Positions 1 to 9,031 of a stretch of DNA of 20,000 bases are shown piece by piece. Source of the stretch: an uncultured virus (IMG/VR IMGVR_UViG_3300020281_001556) (taxonomy: Duplodnaviria > Heunggongvirae > Uroviricota > Caudoviricetes). The stretch lies in IMG/VR virus record IMGVR_UViG_3300020281_001556. One strand, 5' to 3'. Below the pieces are notes generated by a model, which was not told the DNA's origin, searched no databases, and worked only from the letters and a program-made list of their open reading frames with translations. How positions within the stretch are numbered: position 1 is the stretch's first letter; each line of letters starts with the position of its first letter. A program made the translations under genes and the position numbers.

Positions 1-2
1 AA

Positions 3-680
3 ATGGATTGGCCAGAAATAGAAAAAACTTGGGAAAATTTATTCAGTATAGCTGGCACTGTGGAAGAAATATACTTGACCGGCGGTGAGCCTACAATAAT
101 AAAAGAACAACATAGACTGTTAAATTATTTTATAGACAGAGATACAGCAAAAAATATTAGACTGAAATACAACACTAATCTTACTAATGTACCTAAACAT
201 TTACTTGATAAGTGGACTAAATTTAAAAAAGTTCAACTCAATTGTTCTATTGATGCTGTAGGAGAATTGGATCGGTACATAAGATATCCAAGCAATTGGA
301 AAGCAATTGAAAAAAATTGGCATACGATTAGACAGTTACCTAACGCAAATATAGAAATACATTGCACTGTACAAATGTATAATATTTTAAAATTGCAAGA
401 ATTAATAGAATGGGCTTTACCTTTCAACCACAAAATTTATTTTAATATTCTTAATCATCCTGATTATCTTAATATTAGATGTTTACCTAAAAATTTAAAA
501 GAACAAGTTGAAAATAACCTAAAAAAATATTATGACTTACCAAGAGTCCAAGGAATAGTTGATTACATGTATAAAGAAGATTGGACAAATAAATTAGATA
601 GCTTTTACACTTATACCGATGAACTAGACAAAAGTAGAAATCAAAATCTATATGAAATTGTTCCGGAGTTGAAAAGATGA
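3..680 (+). CDS. Radical SAM protein, C-terminal part (5' truncated by window edge; paralogue of the N-terminal twitch radical SAM genes downstream)
   Basis: IYLTGGEP motif, YNTN strand, SID..GE..RYIRYP..W segment and C-terminal LDKSRN..IVPEL tail match 1566..2810; CxxxCxxC not in window, so the gene probably starts upstream. Confidence 0.85.
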   Translation: MDWPEIEKTWENLFSIAGTVEEIYLTGGEPTIIKEQHRLLNYFIDRDTAKNIRLKYNTNLTNVPKHLLDKWTKFKKVQLNCSIDAVGELDRYIRYPSNWKAIEKNWHTIRQLPNANIEIHCTVQMYNILKLQELIEWALPFNHKIYFNILNHPDYLNIRCLPKNLKEQVENNLKKYYDLPRVQGIVDYMYKEDWTNKLDSFYTYTDELDKSRNQNLYEIVPELKR

Positions 681-1594
681 ATTTTTTTATGCTAGGAGGT
701 TGTGAGATACATGACACAATAAAATGGTTGAAACAAGGATGTCCTCAGCACAACTTTATAGAACAAGGAATGTCAACTCTTGGCAGTATATATTCTCCAC
801 AAGGAAAAATTGCGGAGCACACTTACAATTGGTATACAAAAAATAATTTAAAAAGCAATCCTATAGCAAGAGCAGTATATAAAGAAATAGTTTCAAAGCC
901 TTGGTTAAAAGATGTGAAAGAAAATGTATACGATAAAAAAGACAATTGGATTATCATAAGTTTTGCACTCGAGGGCGAAGCTAGGTATGAAGACGGCCAA
1001 GAACATGTTACTTTAATAAAGGAACTTGTCAATAAGCCTAATAACAAAAAGTTCGAAAAAATAGTTCAACTTAAATATCCAACCTATTGTATAGACAAAT
1101 TAAATGATCCTAATTTTACTATTGGTTGGGAAAATGAATTTGTAGGAAAAAGATATTTAAGGACAAAAGGAGGTGGCTGGATAGATAAATTAGGACAAGA
1201 TATTCATGATCATTTTGAAGATAGAGTTATTTTAATTTACACTCCGCCTGCACGTAAATGGTTCAACAGAAAATTTGGAGTGTATCATCAACTGCCGAAA
1301 CATGGAGACTGGTTAAGTTGGAACACAGGATATTGGAAAAATAGAACAAAAGACTATTGGGAAGAGCATAGTTGGGAAAGGACTAACAGAAATTACCAAG
1401 GTTTATATAAAGGATTTCAACGTTACTATCCAAAGAAAACACATTGGATAAAAATGGAATGGGAAAATCTAGTAGGTGACGAACATCATAGATTTGGAAA
1501 AAGTCCTTTTCATTATGATAATAAAAGCATTAAAAAAATAGGTAACGCAATACAAGGAAAAATAAATGAAATTGAAGCCGCCAAAAGTTCCTAA
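677..1594 (+). CDS. Hypothetical protein, possibly DUF6270/SGNH-like
   Basis: 305-aa ORF with ATGA overlap on previous stop; N-terminal FMLGGCEIHD and C-terminal DEHHRFGKSPFHY resemble the GSCxxRD ... HxWGxxPFHY pattern I recall for DUF6270; family call tentative. Confidence 0.45.
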   Translation: MNFFMLGGCEIHDTIKWLKQGCPQHNFIEQGMSTLGSIYSPQGKIAEHTYNWYTKNNLKSNPIARAVYKEIVSKPWLKDVKENVYDKKDNWIIISFALEGEARYEDGQEHVTLIKELVNKPNNKKFEKIVQLKYPTYCIDKLNDPNFTIGWENEFVGKRYLRTKGGGWIDKLGQDIHDHFEDRVILIYTPPARKWFNRKFGVYHQLPKHGDWLSWNTGYWKNRTKDYWEEHSWERTNRNYQGLYKGFQRYYPKKTHWIKMEWENLVGDEHHRFGKSPFHYDNKSIKKIGNAIQGKINEIEAAKSS

Positions 1595-2810
1595 GATTTG
1601 CGTTTTACCTTGGACACATTTAGCAACCGTGCCTGACGGAAGAGCTATTCCCTGTTGCTTACAATATCATTATCTAGACGATTATGACAACGTAAACATT
1701 CAAACGAATACTATTGACGAAATAATGAATAGTAGAGGTTACAAAAATTTAAGATTACAAATGTTGAATGGAGAATTTCCAAAAAGTTGCGAAAAGTGTT
1801 ATTCACGTGAAAAACTTACAGGTAAGAGTTTGAGGACAGAACAAAATAAAAAACCATGGCACAAAGATGTATTTAGAAATGTAAGACAACTTACCGAAGC
1901 GGATGGTACCATAAAAGACATAAAAATAAAAATTTGGGATATACGATTTAGCAATTTATGTAATATGGCTTGTATAATGTGTGGACCAGACTTCAGCAGT
2001 AAATGGGCAAGAGAATATCCTGGAGAATATACAAAATTACTGAAAAATTTTAAAGATAACAATACAGTTAAGTTTATAGATGAAAATATTAAACATGTAC
2101 AGGAAATATATTTTGCTGGTGGAGAACCATTAATAATGGATGAACATTATTATATACTAGATAAACTTATGGAACTAGGAAAGACAGATGTTACGTTAAG
2201 ATATAACACAAATTTTTTAAAAACAAATCATAAAGGAAAGGATGCTTTCGATTATTGGAAACAATGGAAAGGACCAATTGAATTAGCACCAAGCATAGAT
2301 GCAATGGGAAAGAGAGCAGAGTATATTAGATACGGCACTAAATGGGAAGATGTAGATGCAAACTTAAAAAAGGCTGTTGAACTAGGGTTGAAACCAAGAC
2401 CTTTGATTACTGTAGGTGTGTATAACATGTTGCATTTACCTGATTTAGCAAAGTATTTTCATTCGATAGGAATAGACATGTATAACTTAAATATGTTGAA
2501 TACGCCGATCGAATATGATTGTGCAATGGCTTCGAATAAATTAAAAGAAGATACATTGTATTTTTTAGAAGAAAACTTCAAGCATATAAAAAGTGAAACA
2601 AGTTTGGAAAGATTCCGTAACCTAACTTCTGAGCTAGTACATAAGTGTAAGCCTGTAAAGGATGAAAGCTCACTTACATTAAATCACATAAATTTTGTTG
2701 AAAAAATTCTTGATATTGATAAAAAAAGAAACTTGGACTTTTTTAGAACATTTCCTGAACTGTTTGGGTACTACGAAGTATACCATAAATATAGTACATT
2801 AGGAGAATAG
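1566..2810 (+). CDS. Radical SAM protein with N-terminal twitch (SPASM-like) auxiliary Fe-S module
   Basis: CVLPW..DG...PCC and CEKC precede the CNMACIMC (CxxxCxxC) motif; YFAGGEP; YNTN; C-terminal IDKKRN..FPEL. Confidence 0.9.
   Translation: MKLKPPKVPKICVLPWTHLATVPDGRAIPCCLQYHYLDDYDNVNIQTNTIDEIMNSRGYKNLRLQMLNGEFPKSCEKCYSREKLTGKSLRTEQNKKPWHKDVFRNVRQLTEADGTIKDIKIKIWDIRFSNLCNMACIMCGPDFSSKWAREYPGEYTKLLKNFKDNNTVKFIDENIKHVQEIYFAGGEPLIMDEHYYILDKLMELGKTDVTLRYNTNFLKTNHKGKDAFDYWKQWKGPIELAPSIDAMGKRAEYIRYGTKWEDVDANLKKAVELGLKPRPLITVGVYNMLHLPDLAKYFHSIGIDMYNLNMLNTPIEYDCAMASNKLKEDTLYFLEENFKHIKSETSLERFRNLTSELVHKCKPVKDESSLTLNHINFVEKILDIDKKRNLDFFRTFPELFGYYEVYHKYSTLGE
2785..2791 (+). promoter_or_regulatory. 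Putative T4-like late promoter (ATAAATA) upstream of oxygenase gene
   Basis: cATAAATA, then AGGAG at 2801-2805 and ATG at 2812; T4 late consensus is TATAAATA. Confidence 0.5.
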
Positions 2811-2811
2811 A

Positions 2812-3570
2812 ATGGATTATAAAAAATATGATAAAGATGGAAATTTGCTTAACCTAATACCATTGGCCAATAGAGCCAAACAAGCAAATTATTATCAAAA
2901 GTTACAAGACGATCCAGACTGGTTAGAACCTACACCTGAAGATATAAAATGTGAACTACAACTACAAGCACTTAATTTTTGGGAGCCGTTGGCATTTAAA
3001 ATTGATGTTTCTCATTTTATGAAAGAAGTAAAAGCATTAGATGGCAGGTGGGTACCCTACTTAAGACGTGAAGGTTTACTTAATGACAGAGAAGGAATAT
3101 CCTTAATGGGGTTGCCTGATGCTACAATGGAAGAAGGATTGTCTATGCCTGAAGCATGTAAAAAAGCAGGTAGACGATTGAGTGAAACAGAATTTAACAC
3201 ACCAACTGAAGCATATGATATGTTGCCTAGCTTACATGAATTGCTAGATTACTTTCAACCATTAGGAAGAACTATGTTGGTCAAAGCTAATGCTGGAGGA
3301 TTTTTTCCACCGCATAAAGATCATCCCCATCTGACAAGAGATACATTTAGAGTAGTTGCTTTTCCAAGTTGGAATGTAACCAAAGACGAGTTTGATTGGG
3401 AAATGGAAAATACTAAAGTTCCTATCAAACCAGGTGGAGTTTACTATTGTGATACACGTAAGACACACCGAACAGCATGTTGGGTTCCTGATAGTATTCA
3501 CCTAATAATGAATATTCCTAAGACATGGGAAAACGTTATCAAATTAATGAGTATGACCAAGGCATTCTAA
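2812..3570 (+). CDS. Fe(II)/2-oxoglutarate-type oxygenase (Asp/Asn beta-hydroxylase-like, double-stranded beta-helix fold)
   Basis: R..LVK..AGGFFPPHKD (HxD) and GGVYYCDTRKTH (distal His) followed by IHLIMN; good SD (AGGAG). Confidence 0.75.
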   Translation: MDYKKYDKDGNLLNLIPLANRAKQANYYQKLQDDPDWLEPTPEDIKCELQLQALNFWEPLAFKIDVSHFMKEVKALDGRWVPYLRREGLLNDREGISLMGLPDATMEEGLSMPEACKKAGRRLSETEFNTPTEAYDMLPSLHELLDYFQPLGRTMLVKANAGGFFPPHKDHPHLTRDTFRVVAFPSWNVTKDEFDWEMENTKVPIKPGGVYYCDTRKTHRTACWVPDSIHLIMNIPKTWENVIKLMSMTKAF

Positions 3571-4799
3571 TGCTTAAACCTTGCAGTCATTTTTGGACAG
3601 ATATAAATCTAAATATTTTTAGAAAAGAAATCGTAAATTGTTGTAAAAGATATCAGCAAAACGAAGTAAAAATTTCTGACTTTGAAAAATACGGCACAGA
3701 CTTTTGGACTAAACGTCCTGAAGTTTACGAAGATAAGAAAGTTTTTTTAGAAGGAAAATTTCCCAAAGGATGTAAAAGTTGTGCGTTACAACATCCTAAC
3801 AGTTTGTATAATACTTGGAATTGGTGGAAGGATAAGCCACAGGACTTTTTTGTTGACCTTTTAGATAGAGACGAAACTTATAAAATAGAAATAGCATTAA
3901 GCACTACTTGTAACATGACCTGTCTATATTGTGGACCTAAGGTAAGCAGTAGTTGGGCAGATGTGCTAGGTAAACCTGTTGTTCAAATAGATGACGAATG
4001 GAAAAAAGCGGCACTTGAAAGTCTTTTCAAATACATACAAGAAAAAATGACAAAGAATACAAAGCGAGTTGTTTATACCTTTTTGGGTGGAGAAACTTTT
4101 TTGGATTTAAGTTTTTGGGAAATCTTAGACAGAATAGCTGATATACATGATAACGAAATTGAAATTAATTTTATTTCTAATTTAAATGTAAAACCTAAAT
4201 TAATTCAAAGGTTGGTCAATCTTGCAAACGCTAAACCAAATATCAAATGGAGAATAAGTCCGAGTATTGAAGATTTAGGGGAACGGGCAGAAGCAGTCAG
4301 AGAAGGTTTAGACTTTAAGTTGTTTGAATCAAATTATGATTGGATATTGTCTGAACCTGCAATAGATAAAATAGCAGTGTTGCCTACCATGAACTTATTA
4401 ACCATTCATAAACATACAGAATTTTTAAAATGGGTTCTTTCAAAAAATATAAAAATTCGTGGTGCTAAAAATTTACATAAAACATGGACTGTATCATTAA
4501 ACAGAGTCACAGAACCAGACTGGTTAGATCCTGCCATTATGCCAAAAAGCAGTAGGCTTGAAATAGACAGAGCAATAAGTTTTATAAAAAACGAATCAAA
4601 AAGATTTGGTGATACAAAAAATATAACTGATATGTATTTAGGTAATCTTAGAGATTTGCGTAATGTCATAGGATCTAAGAGAACTCCTAAAATGATCGAA
4701 ATATTAAAATGGAAGTTAGATAAAAATACAAAACTTTTTAAAAGAGATTATTACAAAATATTTCCTGAACTAAAGGATATAGTAGATGAGAACAAATGA
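3570..4799 (+). CDS. Radical SAM protein with divergent N-terminal twitch module
   Basis: CSHFW...NCC and GCKSC before CNMTCLYC; FLGGET; ISN; IFPEL tail; start moved from 3525 to ATG 3570 (TAATG coupling with upstream stop). Confidence 0.85.
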   Translation: MLKPCSHFWTDINLNIFRKEIVNCCKRYQQNEVKISDFEKYGTDFWTKRPEVYEDKKVFLEGKFPKGCKSCALQHPNSLYNTWNWWKDKPQDFFVDLLDRDETYKIEIALSTTCNMTCLYCGPKVSSSWADVLGKPVVQIDDEWKKAALESLFKYIQEKMTKNTKRVVYTFLGGETFLDLSFWEILDRIADIHDNEIEINFISNLNVKPKLIQRLVNLANAKPNIKWRISPSIEDLGERAEAVREGLDFKLFESNYDWILSEPAIDKIAVLPTMNLLTIHKHTEFLKWVLSKNIKIRGAKNLHKTWTVSLNRVTEPDWLDPAIMPKSSRLEIDRAISFIKNESKRFGDTKNITDMYLGNLRDLRNVIGSKRTPKMIEILKWKLDKNTKLFKRDYYKIFPELKDIVDENK

Positions 4800-5502
4800 A
4801 CAAATAAAAAAAATTAAAGAAACACAGTCAGATCCTGTGCAATATATAAATTTTGTAAAACAAGATAATGTAAGAAAAATAGTAGAGTATTACGAAAATA
4901 ACAAAGATAAAGCTGAAGTAAAAACTACTGGACCAACTTGTTTATACATAAAAGAAGGTGACGGTGTTATAGATAACATTGTAAGGAAACTTAGAGATAT
5001 TTACGGAAATTTTAAAATACGAAATGCACAGATTTTTGATGTGTCTACACCACATGTAATTCATATCGATGACGGAAAAGATTTACCACAGGCATATAAA
5101 GCATTTACTCTACCTTTAAAGGTTGAATGGAGCGAACATGCTGAATATAGAAACATGGCTCTTGCAAAATTAATATTTTTTGATCAGCATTATTATGGAG
5201 GACCTGTTAAATTTTTCAATGGGGAGACTGTTGACGAAAATACAAAAGTTCACTATAATATGCCGCTTACTAATTACAAAGAAGTTGAAGGTACTAACGA
5301 TGTGGGTATAAGAGAAGAAGTGCAAAATTATCTTACTCATCTAAGGCCACATTGGTTAGAGGGATTAAGTGTGCAATGTTACTTTCCTTGGGTAGGAGGA
5401 AGTTGTATTGCATTTGATAGTTTACAATTACACTCAGCAAGTGATTTCAATAAATTAGGTATCACAAGAAAGCTCGGGGTAAGTATTTTTACAACTTTAT
5501 AG
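4786..5502 (+). CDS. Putative Fe(II)/2OG-type oxygenase
   Basis: PHVIHID (HxD), W..GSCIAFDSLQLHSA (distal His), RKLGVSIF terminal strand. Confidence 0.65.
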   Translation: MRTNEQIKKIKETQSDPVQYINFVKQDNVRKIVEYYENNKDKAEVKTTGPTCLYIKEGDGVIDNIVRKLRDIYGNFKIRNAQIFDVSTPHVIHIDDGKDLPQAYKAFTLPLKVEWSEHAEYRNMALAKLIFFDQHYYGGPVKFFNGETVDENTKVHYNMPLTNYKEVEGTNDVGIREEVQNYLTHLRPHWLEGLSVQCYFPWVGGSCIAFDSLQLHSASDFNKLGITRKLGVSIFTTL

Positions 5503-5509
5503 GTTTAAC

Positions 5510-6634
5510 ATGTCTGAAGATTTAAAATGGAGTGCTTATGACTTTTCTAAAATACCTTATCAAGATATTGTTAAGGTGGGACAAAGATCTCTTTTATACA
5601 GAGATATTTTTACTGTCAGTTGGCTTCTTGGTCGCTTTTGCAACTATCGTTGTAGTTATTGCTGGCCATACGCCAGATCAGATCGCAAAGATCACAGGCC
5701 CACACAGCTCTGTTGTGATACAATCGATGAGATAAAAAGGCAAGCACGTGACAACGGTTTTAATAGTTTCCATTTTTCTTTTAGCGGCGGCGAGCCTACT
5801 TTTCACCCTGGTTACAACGATCTTCTACAGCATCTTGCTAATGATATTGATAATACCAATTATACTTCTATTCATATGACAAGTAATTGTAGTCGGAAGA
5901 TGAAGTGGTTTCAAGAGTACACTGAAATAGCAAAAGCATTTCACCGAGCAAGTATTACCGCAAGTCTACACACCGAGCATGTTAATACATCAGAAAAAAT
6001 GCAAGACTTTGCTGACAAGTTAATTCACTGCCAAGAAAACGATGTGCAAGTTACAATTAATATGGTAATGGTTCCAGAAATATTTGAGAAAAGTTATGAG
6101 AATGCATTGTTCTTTCATGAGCAAGGCATCAATGTAACTCTAAAGCCTCAAAGTGATCCTACAGCAAGTTTTGTTGTTGACGGTTACACAGAAGCACAAA
6201 TGAAACTTTTACATAACGGCATGCCTCAAAGAGCATACACGGAAGACAAAAGAGTATGGGCTGATAGACCTAAACCAAAATTTAATAAACTACCAGCTAC
6301 TTCTCCTGATACAGGAGAAAAGATACCCCCACATTTTCAAGTTGAATTTGAAGATGTCAAAGGTAAAAAATGGTACATGGATCAAGCTGAAAGATTTAAT
6401 GCTTTTAATTTTAACAAGTTCAAGGGTTGGAGATGTAATGCAGGATACCAAGGAATTATTATAAGAGAACCAGACGGAAATATAAAACGCAGTTACAGTT
6501 GTAGAGATGAACCTTTAGGTAATATCGAAACAGGATTTAAATTATTTAAAGAACCTACACCTTGCATAACAGAAAGTTGTGTAAGTAGTGCAGATTCTAA
6601 AATACCAAAGGTAAAAAATGAAAATTATTTGTAA
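5510..6634 (+). CDS. Radical SAM protein with C-terminal twitch/SPASM module
   Basis: CNYRCSYC, FSGGEPT, TSN; C-terminal CNAG..IIIREPDGNI..SC..LGNI..C..C. Confidence 0.9.
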   Translation: MSEDLKWSAYDFSKIPYQDIVKVGQRSLLYRDIFTVSWLLGRFCNYRCSYCWPYARSDRKDHRPTQLCCDTIDEIKRQARDNGFNSFHFSFSGGEPTFHPGYNDLLQHLANDIDNTNYTSIHMTSNCSRKMKWFQEYTEIAKAFHRASITASLHTEHVNTSEKMQDFADKLIHCQENDVQVTINMVMVPEIFEKSYENALFFHEQGINVTLKPQSDPTASFVVDGYTEAQMKLLHNGMPQRAYTEDKRVWADRPKPKFNKLPATSPDTGEKIPPHFQVEFEDVKGKKWYMDQAERFNAFNFNKFKGWRCNAGYQGIIIREPDGNIKRSYSCRDEPLGNIETGFKLFKEPTPCITESCVSSADSKIPKVKNENYL

Positions 6635-6785
6635 GCACTTAGGACCTTACTATGAAATACAAAAAATGTTTCCTTGTAGAGCATTTGCAAATGAGTTTAT
6701 AGGAGAGCTTTGGGTAGAAATAGATGAAAAATATGAAACACTGATTTATTTAATTTTTGGAGATAGCGTTGCTAGAGGTGATTGA
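6618..6785 (+). CDS. Small hypothetical protein, 55 aa (not in ORF track)
   Basis: Hand translation MKIICKHLGPYYEIQKMFPCRAFANEFIGELWVEIDEKYETLIYLIFGDSVARGD*; fills the gap and overlaps both neighbours; AAGG upstream. Confidence 0.65.
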   Translation: MKIICKHLGPYYEIQKMFPCRAFANEFIGELWVEIDEKYETLIYLIFGDSVARGD

Positions 6786-7377
6786 TATATTGCAAGACAG
6801 TAAATGGAAGTCTATATTTTTGGATAAGATAAAAGAAATCCAACATGATAGTCACCATAATAAACACAATTATACAGATTTAGAACAGCGTTTAGATCAA
6901 TATGATTGCTTCAATATAGTAGTAGATAATGGCGTCTTAAACGCATTTTCCGGTCTCTACAGCGGTGGAATATATCCTCCGGGTACAGTTAGAGCCCTGG
7001 ATAGAACATACTATTTTAACTGGAAAAATGTTAGAAGTGACATATATCCAGAAAGGCAATATGCAACATTATACATGTGGCCTTATCAAGTAGCTAGAGC
7101 CAAAGAGCTTGGATATAAAGCTGTTTTCTTTAGTATCCAAAATCCAAAAAAACGCAGAATATTTACAAGACAAGCAGGAAGAATGAATCCTAGTCCTACC
7201 GTACTTCCTACGTTACATAACACCTGTAGGCTCGTAAACGGACAGGTTAATAAGGAACCTTTGTGTTGGCAGAACGTTGCAGTATATAAGATTGATAAAA
7301 GTTTTGATTTTACTTTGCCTGCGATGGCAATAGAAGATTATAAAGAAAAATACAAAGATATTAAAACAATTCGTTAA
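6778..7377 (+). CDS. GNAT-fold acyl/acetyltransferase-like protein
   Basis: FNIVVDNGVLNAFSGL beta hairpin, RALDRTYY strand and VARAKELGYKAVFFS helix-strand typical of GNATs; start placed at GTG 6778 (track TTG 6757 is the alternative). Confidence 0.55.
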   Translation: MIDILQDSKWKSIFLDKIKEIQHDSHHNKHNYTDLEQRLDQYDCFNIVVDNGVLNAFSGLYSGGIYPPGTVRALDRTYYFNWKNVRSDIYPERQYATLYMWPYQVARAKELGYKAVFFSIQNPKKRRIFTRQAGRMNPSPTVLPTLHNTCRLVNGQVNKEPLCWQNVAVYKIDKSFDFTLPAMAIEDYKEKYKDIKTIR

Positions 7378-8264
7378 TATCCAAATTCGTTCATTGCTAC
7401 ATGTTCAAAGAAAGGTGCAATTTTAAAATCCTGAGTTATCCGTCCTCTACGTTTGCTATCAGGATCTGGAATATCACTATCATCAGGACTCCAATTAGTA
7501 ATCTTAATCCATTGTGTTTTTCTTTTGTTGTTTTCATCTAGCGGAAATAACACATTGTATTTTTCTTTATATCCTTCAACGTTATTCCATGATCTAATAT
7601 AATCCTCTGACTTACCAGTAATCTTTGCAAACTTTGTTATAAGTTGATCCCAGGTATGATTCTGTTCTTTTTCTAATGTATATCTTCCAAGTTGTCCTAC
7701 ATTTCTAAAACGCAACACACCAGGATGATTTTTAAGATCTTCTTTAAAAATTTTTAAAAGTCTTTCAGGCACATGATCGTTTACGCCCTTTTGTAATATA
7801 CAGTTTACATTTATAAAAAAATTGAATTTAGCAAGATTATGTAATGCCTTAATTTTTCTTTCTGCACAACGTAGTTCGTCCATTATTTCATAAACGTCAT
7901 CATCATCTGCTCCATTTAGGCTTATGGTTAAGCTACGAAGCCCTGCGTCCCATAAAGACTTTGTATAGTTCAAGTTGCCTAATTTCAAACCATTAGTGCA
8001 TAAAGTAGGTCTGTGTCCAAGCTGTCTTACTTTACTGATTACTTCTGGTAAGTCTTTACGCATTGTAGCTTCGCCTCCCATAAGTCTTATATCAGTTCTT
8101 TTAGGTAATCTGCTCACCACATCATAAAATTTGTCTATATCCATATCAGGTATGTCTCTGTTAGGAATATAACAATTTGCACATTCCATATTGCATTTAT
8201 GTGTTATATCTGCAACAACAGATCCAAACGTACTCTTCTCTGGTTCTACTTCATAATAGTTCAT
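7374..8264 (-). CDS. Radical SAM protein (stand-alone core, MoaA/PqqE-like superfamily)
   Basis: DITHKCNMECANC, LMGGEAT, CTNG, ISLNG; no C-terminal Cys cluster. Confidence 0.88.
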   Translation of the reverse strand: MNYYEVEPEKSTFGSVVADITHKCNMECANCYIPNRDIPDMDIDKFYDVVSRLPKRTDIRLMGGEATMRKDLPEVISKVRQLGHRPTLCTNGLKLGNLNYTKSLWDAGLRSLTISLNGADDDDVYEIMDELRCAERKIKALHNLAKFNFFINVNCILQKGVNDHVPERLLKIFKEDLKNHPGVLRFRNVGQLGRYTLEKEQNHTWDQLITKFAKITGKSEDYIRSWNNVEGYKEKYNVLFPLDENNKRKTQWIKITNWSPDDSDIPDPDSKRRGRITQDFKIAPFFEHVAMNEFGY

Positions 8265-9031
8265 GTTGACTCTCTAAAAAAAGGTAAAAATAATTTTGCT
8301 GGATCATATTTTCCAAACACGTCACTCTTTGCATTTCTATGATGATTAGCATGATAGCTTTCGCCTCCTGTCAAAAAAGAAGCTATAGGAACATTGGTTG
8401 CACTAGAAGAACTACCTTCTAATTTTTTTCCAAAGGTATGTGTAAATGCATTTATAAATCCAGTAACATGAAACATCATTACCATTGGCATAGAAATAAT
8501 ATAAAAAGCCCAATGTCCTAACAAAGTATATCCTAACACTATGTACAAAGTTAACAGTTCAAAATACCATCTGTGTTGAAATTTTACAATAGGATTATTT
8601 AATAAATCTTTTATAAATCTTTGTTCAACAATTTTAGGATTAAAAAAATGAAACCAACTTCTAAAGAATCCTTTCTTTGGACTATGAGGATCTCCATCTT
8701 TATCACCAAATGCATGATGTTTTCTGTGAATCCCTGCCCACCCAAGTATAGGTCCTAGTCCAGCTATGCTACCTATAAAAAGTAAAATATTTTCTTTTGC
8801 TTTACTTGTATTGAAAGATTTATGTGTAAAATACCTATGGTACCCTATACTTGTGCCTACTGTAACAATAAAAAGATATAGCACAAAGCCCGTTAGTAAA
8901 CCAATAGGTTCAAAGAATAACAAACACCCAAACAATAAAAGAGCATGATTCATTAGGGCAAATATCTTTGTCCATGCATCATAAGAATATTTGTTAAAAG
9001 GGCTAAATGGTTTCATACAGTATTTACTCAC
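8261..9031 (-). CDS. Membrane fatty-acid desaturase (delta-9 acyl-CoA/acyl-lipid type)
   Basis: Three His boxes YHRYFTH, HRKHH, HANHH; GDPHSP; GESYH; several hydrophobic helices; alternative start ATG 9016. Confidence 0.92.
   Translation of the reverse strand: MSKYCMKPFSPFNKYSYDAWTKIFALMNHALLLFGCLLFFEPIGLLTGFVLYLFIVTVGTSIGYHRYFTHKSFNTSKAKENILLFIGSIAGLGPILGWAGIHRKHHAFGDKDGDPHSPKKGFFRSWFHFFNPKIVEQRFIKDLLNNPIVKFQHRWYFELLTLYIVLGYTLLGHWAFYIISMPMVMMFHVTGFINAFTHTFGKKLEGSSSSATNVPIASFLTGGESYHANHHRNAKSDVFGKYDPAKLFLPFFREST

Noticed and set aside
7374..8264. Calling this gene moaA
   Set aside because: It lacks the C-terminal three-Cys cluster and GG tail of MoaA, and no other molybdopterin genes are present
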